From: Candidatus Gottesmanbacteria bacterium
GTDB taxonomy: Bacteria > Patescibacteriota > Microgenomatia > UBA10105 > UBA927
DNA length: 64,000 nt
Direction: 5' to 3'
Assembly (NCBI GenBank): GCA_963809665.1
Contig: CAWEKC010000005.1
Span: 104,392-168,391, forward strand
The translations under genes and the position numbers were made by a program. Below, one piece after another: positions 1 through 8,471 of the stretch. The stretch's first letter is position 1. The number at the start of each line of letters is the position of its first letter. The notes below the pieces were generated by a model. That model was not told the origin of the DNA. It searched no databases and was given only the letters and a program-made list of their open reading frames with translations.

Positions 1-1
1 T

Positions 2-184
2 TGGAAAAAAGTTCTTGTCGTCCACCCGGACTACCGCGATGCCTATATACAACTGGCGGCACTCTCCTATCAGGAGGGAAATCTCACCCAAACGTACACG
101 TATCTAACCCGGGCGCTGGATATTGATCCCAATAATACAAACCTCAATCGTCTGACTGAGTTTACTTCGAAGCTTTTGGAGTAG
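2..184 (+). CDS. 3' end of a gene entering the window; the last 60 codons look like a TPR/tetratricopeptide repeat
   Basis: Frame-2 translation ...HPDYRDAYIQLAALSYQEGNLTQTYTYLTRALDIDPNNTNLNRL...* gives a TPR-like A/Y/L spacing and ends TAG at 182-184; it converges on and slightly overlaps rplY. Confidence 0.35.
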   Translation, partial: WKKVLVVHPDYRDAYIQLAALSYQEGNLTQTYTYLTRALDIDPNNTNLNRLTEFTSKLLE

Positions 185-905
185 TCTCAACTGGTCCGCC
201 AGCTGGCGGAGGTTTTTCTGCGGCCGGTGCGCCCGCTTCCGGTGCGCCTGCCGGCGGTGCCCCTGCGGCCGGTGTGGCTGCAGCGGCGGCTTCTGCGGCG
301 GCTGCAGCGGCTGCGGCGGCTTCTGCGGCAGCTTCTGCTTCTGCTTCTTTACTTATCAGGGCCCCCACACGTACGACTGACTGATCTTTAGCGGTGAGCA
401 CGGTAACGCCTGCGGGAACTTTAAGATCCCCTACGTTGACTTCCTGATTCACTTCTGCCAATTTTGAAACATCAACATTCAGTTTTTCCGGCAAATCGGT
501 TGGTAATGCTTCTACCTCAACCTCATCAATAAGCGTCAAAAGCACGCCGACTTTCCCGACAACCGCCGGTGCATCACCGGTAAGAACCAGCGGTACTTTT
601 GTATGTACTTTTTCTTTCAAATTCACCTGATGAAATTCAACATGCAATACGTGGTTCGTAACGGGGTGCCGCTGAATCATGTGCACTAGTACCGGTCGTA
701 AATCCTTCCCTACCGCAAGCTCAACAAGTCCTGTCTCCCCTGCTTCTTTGTATATCTTATCGAATGCCGCTACCCCAACGGCAACCGAAACACTCTTGAC
801 GTTTTTGCCGTACACTGTTCCGGGAATCTGACCCTGCGCACGTAATTGTTTCACTTTACGTCCGACAACACTGCGCGGTTGGGCTGTTAAGGAATATTTT
901 TTCAT
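162..905 (-). CDS. rplY: 50S ribosomal protein L25 / general stress protein Ctc, with a long Ala/Glu/Pro-rich C-terminal tail
   Basis: N-terminus MKKYSLTAQPRSVVGRKVKQLRAQGQIPGTVYGK... is a canonical L25/Ctc fold; the C-terminal ~60 aa are poly-A/E/P, encoded by GC-rich gcggcggct repeats at 200-350. Confidence 0.88.
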   Translation of the reverse strand: MKKYSLTAQPRSVVGRKVKQLRAQGQIPGTVYGKNVKSVSVAVGVAAFDKIYKEAGETGLVELAVGKDLRPVLVHMIQRHPVTNHVLHVEFHQVNLKEKVHTKVPLVLTGDAPAVVGKVGVLLTLIDEVEVEALPTDLPEKLNVDVSKLAEVNQEVNVGDLKVPAGVTVLTAKDQSVVRVGALISKEAEAEAAAEAAAAAAAAAEAAAAATPAAGAPPAGAPEAGAPAAEKPPPAGGPVETTPKASK

Positions 906-907
906 TG

Positions 908-2776
908 TTATTTCGTAAACCGGATACGCGTAAGACGGTCTTCAGTAAGAACCGTATTGTACTCGAGTTGGCCTGTGTTTGCAATAAAGTCCTGGCCCGT
1001 GGTTCCGGATACCTGCTCCTCAAGGCCTGCGGTCCATTCAGGAGGATACCGCACAACCGTATGAACCGGCGTATCGCTCACGCCCGGCTGCTTCTGGACA
1101 AACAGGTCCAGAACAGCCCCCGACGGACCGAATGTGACGGCGTTTCCCCTCGTATACGTCACTTCTAACTGCTTTTCACTACCCGACGGAATATCTACGC
1201 CGATTCCCAGCACATACGAGGCACTGGTGAGATCCGTGCGTTCAAGATACGGCAAGGTCGGCGCTTTCGCCATGTCTTTCCTCGTCGTAACCTTCACCCC
1301 GTCAAGAGTGACTCCGGCAACCGACACATCCGCCGGCAATAGCAAGCGAAGATATGTGCGATAGGGTAAATTTTGATCCTGCGTGCTGTCATTCCTGATG
1401 ATCTCGCGTATTGTTTCGTTGATGATTCCATTGACGTCTATTGTTACCTGCCTGTCCACGATCCGTGATACAAAATAATTCGCTTTATTCACTCCCATAT
1501 TGGCTTCGACACTAATCAGCGGATCAAAACTGCAATTGACCTGCTCACTCCCCGTGCAACCGGTAGTGGACGGCACCCTGCCTGCCCAGCCGTAATGGTC
1601 GACGACCGATTCGAGCTCTTCACTCCCGAACATCATGAGAATATCATGCCCGGAAAGGGCTGAGGTCAAAGCGCGGAACAACGCGGGCATGTCGGTAGTT
1701 CTGCTGGTCGTAATTTTTGTGATAAGAGCGCGCGCCAGTGTTCCCAAAAAATCTTTTTTTTGGGTGGATCCCGGAAAAGAATCGTTTTGCGTATAGTAGA
1801 GAGATTTTCCGTAAAAATTATCCGCAGTGACACGGTCATTGTAGTCGGGTAGATCGATCGGTCCTGTGGCTTTTAGCACGCCGACGATCAGCGGTGTGTT
1901 GACGGCCAGTACCCCATCTACATTGGTCCCGCTTTCTTTCTGGAAAAACCATGCCGCTCTGGCGGCACTCACGGCAAAGTCAGGATCCCAGTTTGAATCA
2001 CGCAAATACCAGTGTTCCTGACCAAGCAACTCCCGCACGGGTACGGGAGGATCCACGTGTCCTTTCAACTGTCCGTCAAACGTATAGACGTCATGTATTT
2101 GCAGGTCAGTCATCCGTCCGTCAGCAAATGACGCAAGTGCAACGCTGCCGATAAATCCGCCGGTCGGCCGTAGTTCGGCGCTGTTTTGCAGTAAGATAAG
2201 ATACGTCCGGGGCTCTTTAAATCCTGCTAGTTGTAAAAATAAGGAAACGAGCTCATCCATATTTGATGCAAAATCCCTAAGTGTCGAAATCTGGGAAACA
2301 ATACGCGTTCCTTCCCGCGCGGCTACAGGAATACCAAACGGAAACGTCCGGTCTTTAAGAAGGAGTGTGAGTTCCGCCTGGGCAAGTCCCAACGTATTCT
2401 GAACCGAGTCTAATGACCTCCGGAGATTCGTTATGTCTGCCGCCGGCGTGGTCCCGCTCCCGGTAACATCCATCTGATTCAAAAATCCGGACGCGACTGA
2501 CTGACTCACGACCATCATGGATTGAACATCTTCCGCAGCCGCCTGTGCATCGGAAAAAAACGATATAAGTCGTTCCTGCCCCCGGATCGAATCCTGCATA
2601 CCGACCCACCGTAACGGGACTTCGGCGGCAGAAAGAACGATGCTCCCCTGTCCGATCCAGTACCCGGCAACCCGGGATTGCCAGCCTACCGCACCGACGT
2701 CTCCGGCGGCAATTGCACGTGCATTTGACGCCAGGGCGAGCACCGGCAATGGTAATACTGACGAGATACCAGACAA
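908..2776 (-). CDS. large extracytoplasmic hypothetical protein, possibly DUF4012-type; may be the C-terminal part of a frameshifted gene that continues upstream
   Basis: 622-aa ORF with no clear signal peptide at its annotated start, and motifs such as RDSNWDPDF; the upstream ORF in another frame supplies an N-terminal domain plus a TM helix. Confidence 0.45.
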   Translation of the reverse strand: MSGISSVLPLPVLALASNARAIAAGDVGAVGWQSRVAGYWIGQGSIVLSAAEVPLRWVGMQDSIRGQERLISFFSDAQAAAEDVQSMMVVSQSVASGFLNQMDVTGSGTTPAADITNLRRSLDSVQNTLGLAQAELTLLLKDRTFPFGIPVAAREGTRIVSQISTLRDFASNMDELVSLFLQLAGFKEPRTYLILLQNSAELRPTGGFIGSVALASFADGRMTDLQIHDVYTFDGQLKGHVDPPVPVRELLGQEHWYLRDSNWDPDFAVSAARAAWFFQKESGTNVDGVLAVNTPLIVGVLKATGPIDLPDYNDRVTADNFYGKSLYYTQNDSFPGSTQKKDFLGTLARALITKITTSRTTDMPALFRALTSALSGHDILMMFGSEELESVVDHYGWAGRVPSTTGCTGSEQVNCSFDPLISVEANMGVNKANYFVSRIVDRQVTIDVNGIINETIREIIRNDSTQDQNLPYRTYLRLLLPADVSVAGVTLDGVKVTTRKDMAKAPTLPYLERTDLTSASYVLGIGVDIPSGSEKQLEVTYTRGNAVTFGPSGAVLDLFVQKQPGVSDTPVHTVVRYPPEWTAGLEEQVSGTTGQDFIANTGQLEYNTVLTEDRLTRIRFTK

Positions 2777-3452
2777 CCGGAAGAATAATTATTCCTGCCC
2801 CTATCAGGATGCCGATTACCCACTGCCTTCGTTTTTTTCTCCGGCGGGGTGGCGGCTTCTCCTGTTCACCGAATACGTCTTTGATAATTTTCCCTATCCG
2901 TTCCTTATCGCCGGAGGTCAGCGGAGGGTCGGTGACGTGTGTTACGGCGGACGGGGTGTGAATAGGGGGCAGATTCTCATGTACAATTCGGGTTAGTCGG
3001 GGTTTTCGCAGATCCAGCACATTTTTTTCCGAGGTAAAAAAAAACTCGAATATATCGACTACCTGTACAGGGGAAATTTCCTTCGGGTCAACATAGATAA
3101 TTTTTTCATGATAGTCCGTCGGGACGGGACCGTTTTGCGTATTTCCCACAATAAGTGCGAGTCTTTTTTCTCCATGTCTTTTCGTACGGAAGAAAATATC
3201 TTTCACAAAATCGCCGTCGCCCATTGCGAGGTGATACATGGCGGTTTCCTCGGGAACTCTGTTGACAAACACAGCTACGCCGTGTGTCTCCAGGTATTCC
3301 CGAAGCGGTAATACTGATGGTTCATCCTGCGTGTCAATACGTGCTGCAGGTCGTATCGTTTGATCACCGGTTGAAATTGATGTTGCGGCAGAATGCATAA
3401 TTGGAAGCACGACAGGCGCTTGTATTATTACAAAAAAGACAACCGAAAACAA
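2355..3452 (-). CDS. N-terminal cytoplasmic domain plus a single TM helix (aa ~215-237), then an implausible Arg/Cys-rich read-through; probably the 5' part of the 908..2776 gene separated by a frameshift near 2780-2800
   Basis: A well-formed ~235-aa region ends in the TM helix WVIGILIGAGIIILPVVWYLVSI and then becomes low-complexity CRRRRRCGR... while overlapping the next ORF by ~420 nt in another frame. Confidence 0.35.
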   Translation of the reverse strand: MFSVVFFVIIQAPVVLPIMHSAATSISTGDQTIRPAARIDTQDEPSVLPLREYLETHGVAVFVNRVPEETAMYHLAMGDGDFVKDIFFRTKRHGEKRLALIVGNTQNGPVPTDYHEKIIYVDPKEISPVQVVDIFEFFFTSEKNVLDLRKPRLTRIVHENLPPIHTPSAVTHVTDPPLTSGDKERIGKIIKDVFGEQEKPPPRRRKKRRQWVIGILIGAGIIILPVVWYLVSITIAGARPGVKCTCNCRRRRRCGRLAIPGCRVLDRTGEHRSFCRRSPVTVGRYAGFDPGAGTTYIVFFRCTGGCGRCSIHDGRESVSRVRIFESDGCYRERDHAGGRHNESPEVIRLGSEYVGTCPGGTHTPS

Positions 3453-3502
3453 CGAATCAGAAGGGCTCCATCCACGTACAACAAGATCAAGCCGACATGA
3501 GG

Positions 3503-3916
3503 CTAAGAAAATTGGGAGTCAAGCGCCTGGTTGACCAGAAAATCCGCGCGCCGGTTCTGTTCGCGGGGTATAGTAGAATAATGAACCACTCCCCCGACCT
3601 CCTGTTCCAAAATCCGTATATTCGTCGCTAATTGCCGAAGGGTCGGATCTTTAATTTTAAATAATCCGTTGAGTTGGTTAACGACAAGCGTCGAGTCCAA
3701 AAAATATTCTATGTCCGGTGACTCCCCCGCCAGCGGCTTAAGGGCTTTCAAAGATTCGGCAACCGCAGTATATTCCGCAACATTATTCGTCGCCTTGCCG
3801 ATTCGTCTGCCGAATTTTTGAATTATTTTTCTCGTCCCGTCTTCGATAACCACCCCGATTGCCGCCGGACCCGGATTGCCCCTCGCTCCCCCATCGGTAT
3901 GCACAATAAATTTCAT
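3503..3916 (-). CDS. rnhA: ribonuclease HI
   Basis: MKFIVHTDGGARGNPGPAAIGVVIE...TNNVAEYTAV...REQNRRADFLVNQAL carries the RNase H catalytic signature. Confidence 0.85.
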   Translation of the reverse strand: MKFIVHTDGGARGNPGPAAIGVVIEDGTRKIIQKFGRRIGKATNNVAEYTAVAESLKALKPLAGESPDIEYFLDSTLVVNQLNGLFKIKDPTLRQLATNIRILEQEVGGVVHYSTIPREQNRRADFLVNQALDSQFS

Positions 3917-3920
3917 ATGC

Positions 3921-5162
3921 TTATTTTTTTGAAAGAGAAAATGATTGTACCAAAACGAGTCCGCTCAGTACCAGCACCAATCCTTCGCAGATACCGGTCA
4001 ACCACGCGGCTGCCATAAATCCGTAGATCGGAACAAATATACTGTTGCCGACAATGTTTAGTATCATCGACGCGCCGTAAATGACGGCGAGCGTTGTTGC
4101 TTTCTTTAACGCAATGAGTGCCCACATGGTTGCGCTCGTCACAAAGAAAAAGGGAAGACCCAACGATAACACGCGAAGGGCGCCGATGCTCGGAGCAAAA
4201 TCGCTTTTAACAAGCGTAAGAAGGGGAGCCGCAAACCAGACCACTGCTGCCGCCGTAACCGACATGCATAATAGAAATATAAATGACTGCGTAAATATTT
4301 TTGTCAGTCTCCCGTGACTTTTTCCGGCGGTCTGGGAAACCATGAAGGGATACACGGCGTTCATAAAAAATGTCGGAAACACCAATACCACTTCAAATAC
4401 TTTATACGCCAAGCCGTAGATGCCGACCTCTGCCGTGGGTCTCATAATCGTTATGATCACACTATCCGCGCGGAAATAGACAAGATTAAAAAGCAGGGTA
4501 ATCCCAAGCGGTATGGAAGGGAGAAACAGCCGCCTCAAATCTCCGCAGGAAATGGGGAGTATGGCAATCGGGTGTAAACGGAATGCAAAAAAGATTGTTG
4601 CTGCCGCGGTAACGACTGCGCCTGCAATCAGCGCAAGAATCGCCGCTGTCACTCCCGGCACCGTCCACACGAACAGAAGCGCCCATAACAATCCGACGGT
4701 TGCCACCGACCCGAAAAGAATTGCCCATGCAGAAAAATCATACCGGAGTTTTTTCTGGAATATCGCATTACCGGTCGTAATCCAGGCCTGGAATAATATG
4801 GTGGGGGAATAGAGTAATATTCCCAGCCTCACAAAAGACGTATACCCCGCGGTCCTCGTACCGGGCAGCAGCATGACAATTCCCAACGAGAGTGCTATGA
4901 GGATGAGCCCTCCCATGGTCCGAAGAAGAATAAGCGCCTGCCAACTTGTCTTGACGTCCGCCTGCTGCAGATAAATAGCATTGATCCCGAAATCCGCAAA
5001 CAAATAAAAGAATGCGATATACGTGGTTATTTTTACAAAATCTCCGTATCCTGATGCCCCCAGCTGCCGGGCAACCAAAAATGTGACGATAAACGTAACA
5101 ACAGCGCTCACCGCTCTCCCGATAAGCTGACTTGCCGTGTTGATTGCCACACTTTTCTTCAT
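3921..5162 (-). CDS. polysaccharide/oligosaccharide flippase of the MOP superfamily (Wzx/MurJ-like)
   Basis: 413-aa polytopic membrane protein with a Wzx-like N-terminus MKKSVAINTASQLIGRAVSAVVTFIVTFLVARQLGASGYGDF. Confidence 0.6.
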   Translation of the reverse strand: MKKSVAINTASQLIGRAVSAVVTFIVTFLVARQLGASGYGDFVKITTYIAFFYLFADFGINAIYLQQADVKTSWQALILLRTMGGLILIALSLGIVMLLPGTRTAGYTSFVRLGILLYSPTILFQAWITTGNAIFQKKLRYDFSAWAILFGSVATVGLLWALLFVWTVPGVTAAILALIAGAVVTAAATIFFAFRLHPIAILPISCGDLRRLFLPSIPLGITLLFNLVYFRADSVIITIMRPTAEVGIYGLAYKVFEVVLVFPTFFMNAVYPFMVSQTAGKSHGRLTKIFTQSFIFLLCMSVTAAAVVWFAAPLLTLVKSDFAPSIGALRVLSLGLPFFFVTSATMWALIALKKATTLAVIYGASMILNIVGNSIFVPIYGFMAAAWLTGICEGLVLVLSGLVLVQSFSLSKK

Positions 5163-5166
5163 ATCA

Positions 5167-6386
5167 TCATTGTATCAAAGACAGGGAAAGAAAAATGGTA
5201 AACAGCAATTGCCCCTGCTGGAGGGTGAGCGTGTAGTGATCGACAAGACCGAGAAGCAATAACATACAAAATGAAACATGAATAAAAGAAATAGTAGGCA
5301 CCATGGTCTTAACCGCTTTCCATACGATCCACAAAAAGATCGCAAATCCAATGATTCCGGTTTCCGACAGCAGTAATAAATAAATATTGTGGACAGGCTG
5401 TAAAAAATAAACAGTCCGTGAGACCAGATGGGTAGGGAGTTGCACGAGAAAATTTCCCAGTCCGTTGCCGATAACGGGGGACGTGCGGAACATAGAAATT
5501 GCAGACGCGTTTAATTGTTCGCGTACGACGACCGACTCGTCCTGAAACCCGAATGTGTTTCCGATATAAAAAATTATGAGAGCTGCAAATAATAAAACCG
5601 GAATAAATAATTTTTTCTTATTTTTAAATATCAGATATACACCACCCAATGCCGCGACAATCCATGCGCTTCTGCTGAATGTCAGTACTAATGCAATGAG
5701 TCCCAAAACAATGGTCGTTATATAAAAATATTTTTTTCCTGTCGCGTAATTGCGTAACTATAAGCGGCAGCGTTACCGCTAAAAATCCTCCAAATACATT
5801 CGGGTGGGGAAATGTTGCATAGCTGCGGAGTTTAAATAACGAAATATGAAAATTGAAAATTGAAACAGTATCATCGATCCGGGCAATACCCGGGGTAAAA
5901 GCTGAAAACGTCCGTTCTCCCAAAAACCAAAATATTCCTCCGATGGAATGCTGCAATAAAAATTGAATGATCGCGATACATGAAGAATAAAAAACACCTA
6001 TGGATAACGGGAAAATAATTTGCGGAAGTTTCGGTTTTGCATACATGATATATATTCCCAACGCCGCCAGTTCTAAAATTTTTATCCATGCAAAAAATGC
6101 GACCATCCTGTTAGCAGCAAATAATATATTCAGAAAAATAAAAAGAAAGAGACAAACGATTTTAATTCCGAGCTGAACGGCGAATTTTTTTGAAGTAAAA
6201 TATATTTATTTTTTTCTCAATACACCAACTGACAAGAAGTAAAACAATGAGGATGTCCGTGGCATAGAGAGTAGGGGAAATGTAATCAATCCGTCTTCCC
6301 AAAACCAGCGCCCAATCCGGCCAGACGTGGTACCCCAGTTGCGTCGGCAGGAAAACAAGAAGAAGGGAAAATAATAACATGTGCAT
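5167..6386 (-). pseudogene. O-antigen ligase (Wzy_C)-like membrane protein split across three reading frames (ORFs 6162..6386, 5624..6106 and 5167..5706)
   Basis: An N-terminal-like segment MHMLLFSLLLVFLPTQLGYHVWPDWALVLGRRIDYISPTLYATDILIVLL, a middle segment, and a C-terminal segment containing LTFSRSAWI (the O-antigen ligase SRSA motif) lie in three different frames on the same strand, with homopolymer runs nearby. Confidence 0.5.
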
Positions 6387-6401
6387 CCCATTAATAATAC
6401 G

Positions 6402-6857
6402 TTAAATCGTCTTTGGTTTCACCAGGAGCGTCCGGGCGGCGCCCTCGCCGACGGATTCCGTTTCCACCCGCTCGTCGCCGGCAAGTGTGAGGTGAATAAC
6501 ACGGCGTTCCGACGGTGAGAGGTGGGGGAGTTCTATCGGGCGGCCGGCGGCCAGTGCGCGCTCAGCGGCGTGCTGGGCCATAAGCATTAACGCCTCTTCG
6601 CGTTTTTCGCGGTAATCACCCACGTTGACGTAGACTTTTACCCACGCCTCCAATTCTTTGGAAACCAACAGTCCTAAAATAATCTGGAAACTCTCAAGTG
6701 TTTTCCCGTGGAAACCGATGAGCAATCCCGTCTCTTCCGTTTCGATGTGTACGCGGTACGCCCCGGTTTCATCGACATCAACCACGACCTGACCGGCAAC
6801 ATCGAGCCGCTTCAAAAAATCTTCCGTTATCTGTTTTACTTTTTCTATATGTTCCAT
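6402..6857 (-). CDS. jag: Jag/KhpB RNA-binding protein (KH + R3H domains)
   Basis: ...GYRVHIETEETGLLIGFHGKTLESFQIIL... forms the KH-like domain and the C-terminus ERRVIHLTLAGDERVETESVGEG is an R3H domain; it sits at the conserved position after yidC. Confidence 0.85.
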   Translation of the reverse strand: MEHIEKVKQITEDFLKRLDVAGQVVVDVDETGAYRVHIETEETGLLIGFHGKTLESFQIILGLLVSKELEAWVKVYVNVGDYREKREEALMLMAQHAAERALAAGRPIELPHLSPSERRVIHLTLAGDERVETESVGEGAARTLLVKPKTI

Positions 6858-6859
6858 GA

Positions 6860-7672
6860 TTATTTCTCTTTATTGATCGCGATCTGCTGCAGGATACCAA
6901 AAAGCCCGAAGATGTTCCAGTACAGTGCGAGCCCCAACGGGAACGTATAGGCGAAATATCCGAACATGATAGGGGTGATGATCGCCATTTGTTTTTGCAT
7001 ATCTGCCGCCATGTCCTGTTTAGGTTTTTCACCCTTGACCGCCAAAGCTTTAGCATCGGCGGTGAATTTGGTATCTGTGGGTGATATTGCGGGCATCATG
7101 AGTTTTGTCTGCCACCACTGGAGCGCGGCTGTAATCAAAGGAACCAGCAGAAGCAAATACCCGTATGTCTGAAACTGCGACGGCTTGAGCGCAAGGTTGA
7201 CGCCGAAAAAATTAAGATCCAAGTTGGTAATTTTAAATGCGGGCAGATACACGACCTGATTAATCTCACCCATTATTTTGGTTATGTTGCCGTTATTCAA
7301 CACCTGATAAAACACATTGTAAAGCGCAATGAGGACGGGCATTTGAATTAGGAGGGGAAGGCAGCCCGCGGCGGGATTTACCCCGTGTTCTTTATAGAGA
7401 GCCATCTGCGCGGCTTGGAGTGCTTTTTTATCATCTTTGTGTTTAATGGAAAGCGCGTCCATGTGGGGCTTGATCCGTGCCATTTTTTTGGCGCTCCGCA
7501 GTTGGGCCGCCATGAGAGGATAGAGTATAAGCCGGATAATGAGGGTAAGCCCGATGACGGCAAATCCCAAGGGGCCGGGAATGTGTAAATATTCAAAAAG
7601 TTTGTACAGGGCAATCAGGACGTTTAAAATCGGCCAGACGAGAATTTGGTTCCAGAGATTCGGATTTGTCAT
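6860..7672 (-). CDS. yidC: membrane protein insertase YidC (short form)
   Basis: LIIRLILYPLMAAQLRSAKKMARIKPHMDALSIKHKDDKKALQAAQMALYKEHGVNPAAGCLPLLIQMPVLIALY is the canonical YidC/Oxa1 core. Confidence 0.9.
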   Translation of the reverse strand: MTNPNLWNQILVWPILNVLIALYKLFEYLHIPGPLGFAVIGLTLIIRLILYPLMAAQLRSAKKMARIKPHMDALSIKHKDDKKALQAAQMALYKEHGVNPAAGCLPLLIQMPVLIALYNVFYQVLNNGNITKIMGEINQVVYLPAFKITNLDLNFFGVNLALKPSQFQTYGYLLLLVPLITAALQWWQTKLMMPAISPTDTKFTADAKALAVKGEKPKQDMAADMQKQMAIITPIMFGYFAYTFPLGLALYWNIFGLFGILQQIAINKEK

Positions 7673-7722
7673 AAATTAAATAATAAACAAATATTTTTTA
7701 TATTCTTTATTCACGTATCTTA

Positions 7723-7965
7723 TTATTTATTTGGTATTGGGTCGTACCCGCCGCGGCTGAATGGGTGGCAGCGGATAATGCGTTTAAACCCCAGCCACGA
7801 TCCGTATAGTATACCATAGCGCGAGATTGCGTCATAGGTATACTCGCTGCACGTGGGCCGGAAGCGGCATACGCTGTCCACAAGCCACAATGATTTTAAT
7901 ATACCTGTGTCAGGGGACAAATAGCGCTGGTAAAAGCGTATGGATTTTAAAATGAACCGTTTCAT
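7723..7965 (-). CDS. yidD: membrane protein insertion efficiency factor YidD
   Basis: [67 protein letters not shown]. Confidence 0.85.
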   Translation of the reverse strand: MKRFILKSIRFYQRYLSPDTGILKSLWLVDSVCRFRPTCSEYTYDAISRYGILYGSWLGFKRIIRCHPFSRGGYDPIPNK

Positions 7966-8279
7966 ATGGTAAGCAGCCTGCTGATAATTTTTTCTACTTC
8001 TGCTTGGGGTAATTCAGCAAAATTCTTTTTCGCGATAAGAATACCGTCAACCTGTCCGGTTTTGGGCAATAGAAGCCGCACCGATTCGCTCATGGTCCGC
8101 CGCATCCTGTTGCGGCTTGTCGCGCGTTTATCTATTTTTGTCGATACGATAAACGCAAAACGGGAGACATGAGTGGTTTTTTTATAAACAAGCTCAATAC
8201 TGTCGCTATGTACACGCATTCCGCGACGCAGAATCGCGGCGATCTCTTCTTTGGGAAGTCTATGATCAGGGGAAAGCAT
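7962..8279 (-). CDS. rnpA: RNase P protein component
   Basis: [27 protein letters not shown]...[22 protein letters not shown]; a 4-nt overlap with yidD. Confidence 0.85.
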   Translation of the reverse strand: MLSPDHRLPKEEIAAILRRGMRVHSDSIELVYKKTTHVSRFAFIVSTKIDKRATSRNRMRRTMSESVRLLLPKTGQVDGILIAKKNFAELPQAEVEKIISRLLTI

Positions 8280-8297
8280 ATGAAGTTGCCTGCCTTG

Positions 8298-8438
8298 TTA
8301 CACAACCGACACGCGGCGCCGTCCGACCAGTCTGCGGTGCTTCAAAACCTTGCGGCCGCCGATCGTACGCATCCGCTGCCGGAACCCGTGTTTCCGGATG
8401 TGTTTTTTCTTTTTCGGCTGATAAACGCGCTTCGGCAT
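8298..8438 (-). CDS. rpmH: 50S ribosomal protein L34, a 46-aa gene not in the supplied ORF track
   Basis: Hand translation of the minus strand gives [46 protein letters not shown], the canonical L34 sequence, at the expected position upstream of rnpA. Confidence 0.85.
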   Translation of the reverse strand: MPKRVYQPKKKKHIRKHGFRQRMRTIGGRKVLKHRRLVGRRRVSVV

Positions 8439-8471
8439 GAGGCAAGTATACCAAAATCATCGCTGTATTGT

